NCBI GenBank assembly: GCA_036276755.1 | Contig: DASUOG010000005.1 | Span: forward strand, 13,777-77,776 | DNA length: 64,000 nucleotides | Reading direction: 5' to 3' | DNA from: Candidatus Saccharimonadales bacterium | GTDB lineage: Bacteria > Patescibacteriota > Saccharimonadia > Saccharimonadales > 2-12-FULL-41-12 | Shown here: positions 57,017-64,000 of the stretch, piece by piece | Layout: each line of letters begins with the position of its first letter | Numbering within the stretch: the first letter of the stretch is position 1 | Position numbers and translations under genes: made by a program | Notes under the pieces: generated by a model | What the model was told of the DNA's origin: nothing | Seen by the model: only the letters and a program-made list of their open reading frames with translations | Database searches by the model: none

Positions 57017-57556
57017 TTACTTTTCCTTGCCTGATTTGCCGCTCTTGCGGATTATTCTTTCATCGGCGTATTTAATACCTTTGCCCTTATAAGGTTCCGG
57101 TTTTTTAAGGGCGCGGATTTCCGCGGCTACCTGTCCCACTTGCTGACGGTTAATACCGCTGACGGTTATGATATTCTGCTCAACCTTTATCTCTATGCCT
57201 TCGGGGACTTTGTACACTACTTCATGCGACAAGCCCAGGTTCAGTCTAAGGTCTTGTCCGGCCAAATTGATCCTATAGCCGATACCATTTACTTCCAGCT
57301 TCTTCTCAAATCCTTGGCTTACACCAGTAACCATGTTCTGGACCAAAGAACGCATCAAACCGTGTTTTGATCTTGATTCGCGCTCATCGTTAGCTGCCTC
57401 TAAAACCAGTTCGTCATCTTGTTGTTTGATGTTAACCCCCGGCATGGTAAATTGCGTCAACGAGCCTTTTGAGCCGTTGACGGTAACTGTGTCGTGGTCA
57501 ATAGTAACTGTGACCCCCGACGGTATTTTGACTGGTACTTTGCCTACTCTACTCAT
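57017..57556 (-). CDS. rplF: 50S ribosomal protein L6
   Basis: MSRVGKVPVKIPSGVTVTI. Confidence 0.95.
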   Translation of the reverse strand: MSRVGKVPVKIPSGVTVTIDHDTVTVNGSKGSLTQFTMPGVNIKQQDDELVLEAANDERESRSKHGLMRSLVQNMVTGVSQGFEKKLEVNGIGYRINLAGQDLRLNLGLSHEVVYKVPEGIEIKVEQNIITVSGINRQQVGQVAAEIRALKKPEPYKGKGIKYADERIIRKSGKSGKEK

Positions 57557-57566
57557 AAACGTTCTT

Positions 57567-57977
57567 TTAATAAACCTCGCATATTAACTCGCCGCCAATT
57601 TTGGCCTTTTTTGCTTCGTCGCCCGTCATCATGCCCTTCGAGGTCGAAATAATCACGATACCGCGGCCTCTTTTGACTACCGGTATGTCCTTCGATTTGG
57701 CATAAAGCCTTCTGCCCGGACGGCTCAGCCTAGTAATCTCTGTGATACGGGCATTCTCTTTCTCGCTGTTGATCAGGATCAATATCTTCTTTTCCGTACC
57801 GTCGCCTTCAACCTTCACCTCGTCGATGAAATTTGCCTTTTGCAACAACCTTGCTACCGATTGTTTGATACTAGAATACGGCAAGTCAACTTCGTTCCTG
57901 CCTACCGCTATGGCGTTACGGATTCTTGTCAGCATATCTGAAATTGGATCTGTTGAAACCATATGGACTCTTACCAA
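57567..57977 (-). CDS. rpsH: 30S ribosomal protein S8
   Basis: [13 protein letters not shown]. Confidence 0.95.
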   Translation of the reverse strand: MVRVHMVSTDPISDMLTRIRNAIAVGRNEVDLPYSSIKQSVARLLQKANFIDEVKVEGDGTEKKILILINSEKENARITEITRLSRPGRRLYAKSKDIPVVKRGRGIVIISTSKGMMTGDEAKKAKIGGELICEVY

Positions 57978-58240
57978 CTTCCCTTAGTTACGCCCGGTAT
58001 TTCGCCTTTTGAAGCATGTTCCCGGAAAGATATTCTGGATAATCCGAAGGTCCGCATATATGCTCTGGGCCGGCCGGTTTCATGGCACCGGTTCTTTAGA
58101 CGGGTCGGCGATGAATTTCGGGGTAGCAAATGTAGCCCGACATAATCGCCGGCTTGTTTTAATTCTGCGCGTCTTTCGGCATACTTGGCTATCATTTTCT
58201 TACGTTTTTCATCCCTATTTACGATAGATTTTTTCGCCAT
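57971..58240 (-). CDS. rpsN: 30S ribosomal protein S14, long non-zinc form
   Basis: [20 protein letters not shown]...; 89 aa with no CxxC pairs. Confidence 0.9.
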   Translation of the reverse strand: MAKKSIVNRDEKRKKMIAKYAERRAELKQAGDYVGLHLLPRNSSPTRLKNRCHETGRPRAYMRTFGLSRISFREHASKGEIPGVTKGSW

Positions 58241-58242
58241 GG

Positions 58243-58866
58243 TTAGCTCTCCTTTCCCGGACCACCTTTTGGCTTCTCAAAAGGCATTCCGAATTTAGTT
58301 AATAAGGCTTTATTATGCTCCACATTATCCGAATCCGTAACGATTATGACCTGCAAGCCGTGAGATACCGTAGTCTCTTCAAATGATAACTCCGGAAATA
58401 TCGATTGCTCCGTCAAACCGATGCTGTAGTTGCCCTGACCGTCGAACGATTTGAGGCTTACGCCATGGAAATCCCTAAGCCGCGGCAATACGATGTTTAT
58501 CAGCCTGTCCAGGAATTCATACATCCTGACGTCTCTTAAGGTAACCTTGAGACCGACCTTGTTGCCCTCCCTGAGCTTAAAAGAAGCGATGCTCATGCGG
58601 GCATAAGTCTCACTCGGTTTTTGCCCGGTAATCTTAAGCAGTGTATTGTTCGCGGCTTCAAACGCCCTCTTATCATCCTTCGCTCTTCCCAAACCGATAT
58701 TGATAACTATTTTTTCCAGTTTCGGTACCTGGTAAATGTTATCCAGCTTAAGCTCTTCCTTCAGCTCCGAAACATATTTATTGACATACAGATCCTTAAG
58801 CCTGGCTGTTTGCGGGAGCGCGATCTTGGTCTGTTTGGTGTCTTTCGTGTCAGTCGCCGGGGTCAT
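58243..58866 (-). CDS. rplE: 50S ribosomal protein L5
   Basis: Conserved L5 core. Position between rpsN and rplX. Confidence 0.9.
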   Translation of the reverse strand: MTPATDTKDTKQTKIALPQTARLKDLYVNKYVSELKEELKLDNIYQVPKLEKIVINIGLGRAKDDKRAFEAANNTLLKITGQKPSETYARMSIASFKLREGNKVGLKVTLRDVRMYEFLDRLINIVLPRLRDFHGVSLKSFDGQGNYSIGLTEQSIFPELSFEETTVSHGLQVIIVTDSDNVEHNKALLTKFGMPFEKPKGGPGKES

Positions 58867-59210
58867 TTGATCTCCTTTCCGGAACGTTTATAGATGCGCA
58901 CTTTGTTGCCGGGTTTGGTGAACGTATATCCTATGCGGCTGGGTTTTTTGCCGGTCGGGTCGATAATCGCCACTTTGCTAACCCAGATCGGCTTGGTAAC
59001 TTCGATTATGCCGCCTTGCGGATATTGCCGGTTGGGCTTGACCGATTTTTTAACGACATTTATTCCTTCGACGGTCACCTTGTTCTCAAGCGGATGAACG
59101 TTCTGAATCACACCGGTCTCGCCTTTGTATTTGCCGGACAAAACGACGACCTTGTCGCCTTTTTTCAATCGGATTTTATATGCCGGTTTGCTTTGTAATT
59201 TTTTGCTCAT
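58863..59210 (-). CDS. rplX: 50S ribosomal protein L24
   Basis: KIRLKKGDKVVVLSGKYKGETG; KOW domain. Confidence 0.9.
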   Translation of the reverse strand: MSKKLQSKPAYKIRLKKGDKVVVLSGKYKGETGVIQNVHPLENKVTVEGINVVKKSVKPNRQYPQGGIIEVTKPIWVSKVAIIDPTGKKPSRIGYTFTKPGNKVRIYKRSGKEIK

Positions 59211-59578
59211 TACAGTACCTCCGGCGCAAGACTGATTATCTTATTGTAGCCTTTGTCGCGTAACTCCCGTGGTACAGGTCCGAAAATACGGGTGGCCTTG
59301 GGTAGTTTGTCTTCACCGATTACTACAGCGGCATTGTCATCAAAAACTATGGATGAACCGTCGCGCCTATTGATCGAATTGCGGGTACGTACGATAACGG
59401 CTCTGACCACGGACTTCTTTTTGACATTTCCATTCGGACTGGCTTGCTTAACGGACGCGACTATCACGTCGCCCACACGGGCATAACGCCGTCTGGTACC
59501 GCCAAGCACCCGTATGCACAGCAGTTCTTTGGCGCCGCTGTTATCACAAACGCTCACGCGTGATTCCTGCTGTATCAT
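59210..59578 (-). CDS. rplN: 50S ribosomal protein L14
   Basis: [27 protein letters not shown]. Confidence 0.95.
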   Translation of the reverse strand: MIQQESRVSVCDNSGAKELLCIRVLGGTRRRYARVGDVIVASVKQASPNGNVKKKSVVRAVIVRTRNSINRRDGSSIVFDDNAAVVIGEDKLPKATRIFGPVPRELRDKGYNKIISLAPEVL

Positions 59579-59991
59579 TTGGCATCCTCCTTTGGCGGTT
59601 CTTCGGTCTTGCGATTTGAATCTTGAGATTTTTTATGAGAAGTTTTTTTACTTATGTCCTTAACCTCACGTTTTGTATCTTTCCCGTCTTTCTTGGGTTC
59701 ATCCGGAGTTCCGTTTTCGGTTTCCAGAGCTTTCAAATCTTCTTGCGTCAGGGTGGCTCTTTCTAAAATCTTGTCCAGCTTGAATCGTTTGCGCGCCGAG
59801 ATAGGACGGGTCTCAACTATTCTGACCCGATCGCCGACTTTGCAAGAATTCTCTTCGTCATGAGCCATGAATTTTTTGGTAACGGTGTATTGCTTCTTAT
59901 ACAAAGGGTGGGTTTTTCGGGTATTCACAGCAATGACCGCGGTCTTGTCCGGGGCTGTGGAAGTAACTTCACCGATCAGTGTCTTTCCCAT
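59575..59991 (-). CDS. rpsQ: 30S ribosomal protein S17 with ~55-aa Lys/Asp-rich C-terminal extension
   Basis: S17 core ([32 protein letters not shown]...) followed by a low-complexity tail. Confidence 0.9.
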   Translation of the reverse strand: MGKTLIGEVTSTAPDKTAVIAVNTRKTHPLYKKQYTVTKKFMAHDEENSCKVGDRVRIVETRPISARKRFKLDKILERATLTQEDLKALETENGTPDEPKKDGKDTKREVKDISKKTSHKKSQDSNRKTEEPPKEDAK

Positions 59992-60195
59992 TTAAATCTT
60001 CTCCTTTTGTAATTGTTCACTCATAACCGTCAACATCCTTGCCAGATTTTTCCGCTTGTCGCGAATCATCCTGACGTTGGTATTTTCACCTATATGTACG
60101 CTGCGGCGCAGTTCGGCGATCTCTTGCCGAGTTTGCTCGATATTCTTAACCAACTGCGCGGTATCCATCTTTCTGACTTCAGCGATCTTCATCAT
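59992..60195 (-). CDS. rpmC: 50S ribosomal protein L29
   Basis: 67 aa; EVRKMDTAQLVKNIEQTRQEIAELRR. Confidence 0.9.
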   Translation of the reverse strand: MMKIAEVRKMDTAQLVKNIEQTRQEIAELRRSVHIGENTNVRMIRDKRKNLARMLTVMSEQLQKEKI

Positions 60196-60605
60196 TCACC
60201 CTCCCGTACGATAAATCTTGTCTTAACGGGTAGTTTGTGGCCGGCCAGCCGCATAGCTTCGCGGGCGACTTCTTCGCTTACTCCCTGCATCTCAAAGAGC
60301 ACGGTGCCTTTTCTAACCTTGGCTACAAAATATTCCGGGGAACCCTTGCCGCCGCCCATTTTAAGGCCTAAAGGTTTCTTGGTCACAGGCGTATGGGGAA
60401 AGATGCGTATCCAGATCTTGCCGCCTCGTTTTATATAGCGCGTCATCGCCTGGCGGGCGGACTCTATCTGGCGGCTTGTAACCCGCTCCTGTCCTAAAGA
60501 TTGCAAAGCGTATTGGCCAAAAGCTATCGTGTTGCTGCGGGTAGCCGGACCTTTGATGCGGCCTTTGCGTACTCTCCGGTATTGCAGTTTGTTAGGAATA
60601 AGCAT
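60192..60605 (-). CDS. rplP: 50S ribosomal protein L16
   Basis: MLIPNKLQYRRVRKGRIKG. Confidence 0.95.
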   Translation of the reverse strand: MLIPNKLQYRRVRKGRIKGPATRSNTIAFGQYALQSLGQERVTSRQIESARQAMTRYIKRGGKIWIRIFPHTPVTKKPLGLKMGGGKGSPEYFVAKVRKGTVLFEMQGVSEEVAREAMRLAGHKLPVKTRFIVREGE

Positions 60606-61234
60606 TATACCGCATCCCCTTTATAGATCCACACCTTTACGCCAATGATACCCGCCGGCGTACGGGCTTTCGCTAAGGCATAATCTATATCCGCTCTTAT
60701 GGTATGCAATGGGACACTTCCGGCGACTTCTTTTTCGCGACGACTCATCTCAGCTCCGTTGAGGCGGCCGGCTACCTCTATGCGCACGCCCTTGGCTCCG
60801 GCCCGCATAGTAGCGGCGGCCGATTGTTTGATAGCCCGACGGAAGGATATCCGCCGCTCCAACTGGTGCGCGATATTCTCAGCTACGAGCTTCGCATAAA
60901 GTTCAGCCTTTTTGATCTCTTCGATATTTATCCGCGCGGGCACACCGTAAATTTTCTCAATCTTATCTTTGAGAATCTGCGCGCCGGCTCCACCACGACC
61001 GATGACTACTCCGGCCTTAGCCGTAGTAAGCGTTACGGTTACCAGGTTTGGCGAACGCTCTATGTCAACCTTGTTAATAGCTGCCCGTGGGCCAAGCTCG
61101 GTTTTTATAAGCTGTCGTACTTTTAGGTCCTGCTTCAGGTAACCCGCATATTCCTTTTTGTTTGCGAACCATTTGCTTCGCCACTGCTTATTTACCTGAA
61201 GGCGGAAACTTACCGGATTTACTTTCTGACCCAT
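60605..61234 (-). CDS. rpsC: 30S ribosomal protein S3
   Basis: Start placed at the canonical MGQKVNP ATG (61234), just after the rplV stop. The ORF-track extension to 61300 overlaps rplV. Confidence 0.9.
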   Translation of the reverse strand: MGQKVNPVSFRLQVNKQWRSKWFANKKEYAGYLKQDLKVRQLIKTELGPRAAINKVDIERSPNLVTVTLTTAKAGVVIGRGGAGAQILKDKIEKIYGVPARINIEEIKKAELYAKLVAENIAHQLERRISFRRAIKQSAAATMRAGAKGVRIEVAGRLNGAEMSRREKEVAGSVPLHTIRADIDYALAKARTPAGIIGVKVWIYKGDAV

Positions 61235-61235
61235 G

Positions 61236-61625
61236 TTACTTAGTCTCCTTCTTTTTATCGGTTTTCTTGGCAGCGGGTTTCTTGGGCGGCTTCGGTTCAC
61301 CCTCGACTTCTACGAAGATATGGCTTGATTTCTTCTGGTATGGTAGGGCTCTGCCGTGCGCGGCCGGCCGCCAGCGTTTTAACCGTGGGCCGGGTGTGAC
61401 TGAAATCTTGGAAAGCACCAGTGTAGCGACTTGCAGGTTATGGTTATTTTCGGCATTAGCTTTAGCGCTCTCTATAACTTTTTTTACCGGCAGACTGGCA
61501 TGCCTCGGAGTGTGTTCAAGTATGGTTATCGCATCGCTTACGCTTCTACCGCGTACCAAACCGGCAACCACACCGATTTTCCTCGGACTCATCCTGACTG
61601 ATTTGGCGCTTGCTTTTACAACCAC
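61236..61625 (-). CDS. rplV: 50S ribosomal protein L22 with Lys-rich C-terminal tail
   Basis: L22 core with a KPPKKPAAKKTDKKKETK tail. Confidence 0.9.
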   Translation of the reverse strand: MVVKASAKSVRMSPRKIGVVAGLVRGRSVSDAITILEHTPRHASLPVKKVIESAKANAENNHNLQVATLVLSKISVTPGPRLKRWRPAAHGRALPYQKKSSHIFVEVEGEPKPPKKPAAKKTDKKKETK

Positions 61626-61904
61626 TTAAGACTCCTGTCCTTTCGCGAGCTTACCGCCGTGTTTCCTAAATTTCCGGGTAGGCGCGAATTCGCCAAGCTT
61701 GTGTCCGACCATGTTCTCAGTAATGAATACCGGTATATGGCTCTTGCCGTTATGTACGGCGATGGTCCGGCCGACGAACTCCGGCGGAATAGCGCTGTAT
61801 CTTGCCCAGGTCTTAACCACGGTCCTATCATCCTTACCAAGAACCGAAATTTTCTTGGCAAGTTTCGGGTCTACAAACGGTCCTTTTTTAAGCGATCTAC
61901 TCAT
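61626..61904 (-). CDS. rpsS: 30S ribosomal protein S19
   Basis: [15 protein letters not shown]...[10 protein letters not shown]. Confidence 0.95.
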   Translation of the reverse strand: MSRSLKKGPFVDPKLAKKISVLGKDDRTVVKTWARYSAIPPEFVGRTIAVHNGKSHIPVFITENMVGHKLGEFAPTRKFRKHGGKLAKGQES

Positions 61905-61912
61905 ATTTCAAC

Positions 61913-62767
61913 CTATCTCCTCTTGCCTTTATGGCGGCTTCTTACTATGTATTTATCGGTGCTTTTTCGTCTTCTAGTTTTAAAACCTAAAGTTTTTTGA
62001 CCCCATGGTGTTTTAGGCGCGGCTCCGTGGTTCTTGCCGCCGCCGATTCCGTGCCTACCGCCATCGCCGCCACCGTGCGGGTGGTCTGCTGCGTTCATCA
62101 CGACACCGCGGACGGACGGGCGTATGCCCTTGTGTCGATTTCGACCGGCTTTGCCGACCTTGATATTTTGGTGTTGCTCATTACCGATAACACCTATGGA
62201 TGCCCTGCACTCCAAATTGACAAGTCTGACTTCTCCGCTGGGTAGGCGCAACTGGGCGTAACCGCTGTCCTTGGCCATAAGCCGGGCCCCAGTACCAGCG
62301 CTTCTGACCAGTTGGGCGCCCTTGCCGGGTTCAAGCTCGACAGCGTGCACAACACTGCCGGGAGGTATATTCGCCAGCTTCAAGCGATTCCCGTTTTGGA
62401 TAGGCGCTTCATCGCCAATTTTGACCGTTTTGCCGGGTTTCATAGCCGATGAGGCCAGTATGTAGTGGCTTTTACCCGTCTCGTCCTTGACCCGGGCTAT
62501 CCGGGCACTCCGGTTAGGGTCATATTCGATCTGTTCGACTTTAAGTTTGACATCATGGGCAAACTTGAAATTGACCAAACGATAGAATTTTTTCGCACCG
62601 CCGCCTTTGTGGCGGGTCGTGATACGGCCCTGGTTGTTTCTGCCGCTTTTTTGCTTCTTGACCTTGAGCAATGATTTCAACGGCTTTTTGGCGGTAACAT
62701 CATCGAGATTCTGCGTCGTCATACCGCGGCGCCCCGGAGTAGTGGGGTTGTATGTTCTAATAGCCAC
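61913..62767 (-). CDS. rplB: 50S ribosomal protein L2
   Basis: 284 aa with the conserved GGGKNHGAAPKTPWG-type C-terminus. Confidence 0.95.
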   Translation of the reverse strand: MAIRTYNPTTPGRRGMTTQNLDDVTAKKPLKSLLKVKKQKSGRNNQGRITTRHKGGGAKKFYRLVNFKFAHDVKLKVEQIEYDPNRSARIARVKDETGKSHYILASSAMKPGKTVKIGDEAPIQNGNRLKLANIPPGSVVHAVELEPGKGAQLVRSAGTGARLMAKDSGYAQLRLPSGEVRLVNLECRASIGVIGNEQHQNIKVGKAGRNRHKGIRPSVRGVVMNAADHPHGGGDGGRHGIGGGKNHGAAPKTPWGQKTLGFKTRRRKSTDKYIVRSRHKGKRR

Positions 62768-63265
62768 TTACTTGCTCCTTCCTAGCCGGAATTTTCTCTT
62801 GGGTTTTACTTGCTTGTCCTGCTTGGGGGTCTCATCTACAGACGTGGTTTTCGCTGCTTTTTCTTCGGCTTTCTTAGCCTTTTTTTCAGCCTCTTCGATA
62901 CTGGCAAAGACCGGGATCGACTCGCCGGCTTTTATCCGCACATATGCTTTTTTGATATCGGGTCGCTTGCCCTGTACTATTTTGCGCGAGCCGCCGATCC
63001 TGATCGAACGGGCCTGTTTGCCTTTTATGACCGCTATCCTGACATTTTCGACTTTAACGTCAAACTGCGCGGCGACCGCTCTTGCCACAGTCACCTTGTT
63101 GGCGGTTTTAGGCACATCAAAGGCGTAAGTATTTACTTCTTGGCTTTGGCCGTAGGCCTTTTCGCTCATTCTCGGCTTTAGTGTCAGGGTATTGATTACC
63201 TTTTTGGAAGCCTTGACTGCGGTTTTACCCGCCGGTTGTTTTTCGGTGGTTTTTGCAGAACTCAT
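62768..63265 (-). CDS. rplW: 50S ribosomal protein L23 with N- and C-terminal Lys-rich extensions
   Basis: L23 core (YAFDVPKTANKVTVARAVAAQFDVKVENVRI) within a 165-aa protein. Confidence 0.85.
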   Translation of the reverse strand: MSSAKTTEKQPAGKTAVKASKKVINTLTLKPRMSEKAYGQSQEVNTYAFDVPKTANKVTVARAVAAQFDVKVENVRIAVIKGKQARSIRIGGSRKIVQGKRPDIKKAYVRIKAGESIPVFASIEEAEKKAKKAEEKAAKTTSVDETPKQDKQVKPKRKFRLGRSK

Positions 63266-63936
63266 TTGCCAGCCTCCGTCTTAACAGCGGTCCGCTTCGT
63301 TTTGCTAGCCAGCCATTCCGATATGAGCTCGAGTGAATCCTTGGTAATCACGATTGTATCGGCGTTTAGCAGTCCATAGACGTTCAAGTATCGGGCATTG
63401 ACCAGTTTGACATTGGGCAGGTTGTTTACCGACCTTGCGGTCTTTTCGTCGGTTTCATCGGTGATAATCAGGACTTTCCCTTGGACATCCAATTTATTGA
63501 GCAATTTCACGGCTTTGGCGGTTTTACCGTCTTTGCTATCAAACTTGTCGATGATTTTAATCCTGGACTCACCGGCCGCCAGACTCAGAGCCTGCTTGAC
63601 CGCCAGTCTGTTGGCCTTGCGGTTTGTTTTCTTCGAATAATTTTCTACACCCCTGGGGCCGAAAATTATGCCGCCTCCACGCCAGATGGGGTTATAACGC
63701 GAACCGAAACGAGCCCGGCCGGTGCCTTTTTGCCGCCACGGTTTCTTGGTGCTGCCCTTTACTTCGCCCCTTGTTTTGGTCTTTGCCAAATTAACGCGCC
63801 CATTGTCTAAAAAAGCTCCGTAGGCATACTTTAGCAGCGTATGGTCGGCCACATCCAACCCGAATACCGCTTTGTCCAGCGGAGTCCTGGTGGAGGATTT
63901 GGTACCCGAAGCGGAATATGAAACAGCGTTGGCCAT
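63262..63936 (-). CDS. rplD: 50S ribosomal protein L4
   Basis: KKPWRQKGTGRARFGS...IWRGGGIIFGP. Confidence 0.95.
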   Translation of the reverse strand: MANAVSYSASGTKSSTRTPLDKAVFGLDVADHTLLKYAYGAFLDNGRVNLAKTKTRGEVKGSTKKPWRQKGTGRARFGSRYNPIWRGGGIIFGPRGVENYSKKTNRKANRLAVKQALSLAAGESRIKIIDKFDSKDGKTAKAVKLLNKLDVQGKVLIITDETDEKTARSVNNLPNVKLVNARYLNVYGLLNADTIVITKDSLELISEWLASKTKRTAVKTEAGK

Positions 63937-64000
63937 TATTCAACACCTCTCACGACGATGATGCTTTTTTTGGGACCCGGTACGGCACCTAAGACACCTA
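63936..64000 (-). CDS. rplC: 50S ribosomal protein L3, C-terminal fragment (gene continues beyond window)
   Basis: Open frame ending at a TAA that overlaps the rplD ATG (TAATGG). Tail ...LGAVPGPKKSIIVVRGVE is consistent with the L3 C-terminus and operon order. Confidence 0.6.
   Translation of the reverse strand, partial: GVLGAVPGPKKSIIVVRGVE

Noticed and set aside
61235-61300. N-terminal extension of S3 as called in the ORF track (MNRSRPRNPLPRKPIKRRRLSN…)
   Set aside because: It overlaps the 3' end of rplV in another frame. The canonical S3 start MGQKVNP sits at 61234 directly after the rplV stop.

Overview
This 64-kb window looks like part of a compact bacterial chromosome. Several features point to the Candidate Phyla Radiation (Patescibacteria). 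The S10/spc/alpha ribosomal superoperon is collinear on the minus strand but lacks rpmD (L30). No adk or map sits between secY and infA. L36, L33 and S14 are the forms without zinc ribbons. Many ribosomal proteins carry lysine-rich tails. Genes are packed tightly, with frequent 1–4 nt start/stop overlaps.

From left to right the window contains:
- the end of purC, then purB, a hypothetical ORF, and carB/carA;
- a minus-strand trio of membrane proteins and an Ala/Gly tandem-repeat protein;
- an acidic exopolysaccharide locus: a short nucleotide-sugar dehydrogenase, a processive GT2 synthase with a LysM domain, a beta-helix protein with a LysM domain, and a PL7 lyase;
- a sortase with an upstream non-LPXTG substrate;
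- tRNA-Gln, a VanY-type M15 peptidase, an alpha/beta hydrolase, two GT4 glycosyltransferases and an AI-2E family permease;
- the block cysS–nrnA–recR–ybaB–membrane protein–dnaB–dnaX;
- a hypothetical protein and a winged-helix regulator;
- rplL–rplJ and, further right, rplA–rplK–nusG–secE;
- an orphan histidine kinase, a DUF45 peptidase and a P-loop kinase;
- tRNA-Trp, rpmG (L33), a tRNA-Thr/Thr/Tyr cluster, and glnA;
- a TPR protein, holB, an RluA-family pseudouridine synthase, trpS and a HisA-like gene;
- rpsI/rplM, then rplQ–rpoA–rpsD–rpsK–rpsM–rpmJ–infA–secY, then the spc and S10 operons back to a partial rplC.

The most unusual region is a 4.6-kb insertion that splits the normally contiguous rplKA and rplJL clusters. 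It carries four pyrimidine deoxynucleotide genes:
- a thymidylate-kinase domain fused to two tandem ThyX-like domains;
- a dCMP deaminase;
- a ThyA-family paralog with Asp at the position that switches pyrimidine specificity;
- a Dcd/Dut-family protein that lacks the catalytic Glu of dCTP deaminases.

Together these suggest a T4/XP12-like pathway for 5-methyl- or 5-hydroxymethyl-dCMP in a cellular genome. All calls are made from sequence motifs only; no database searches were run.
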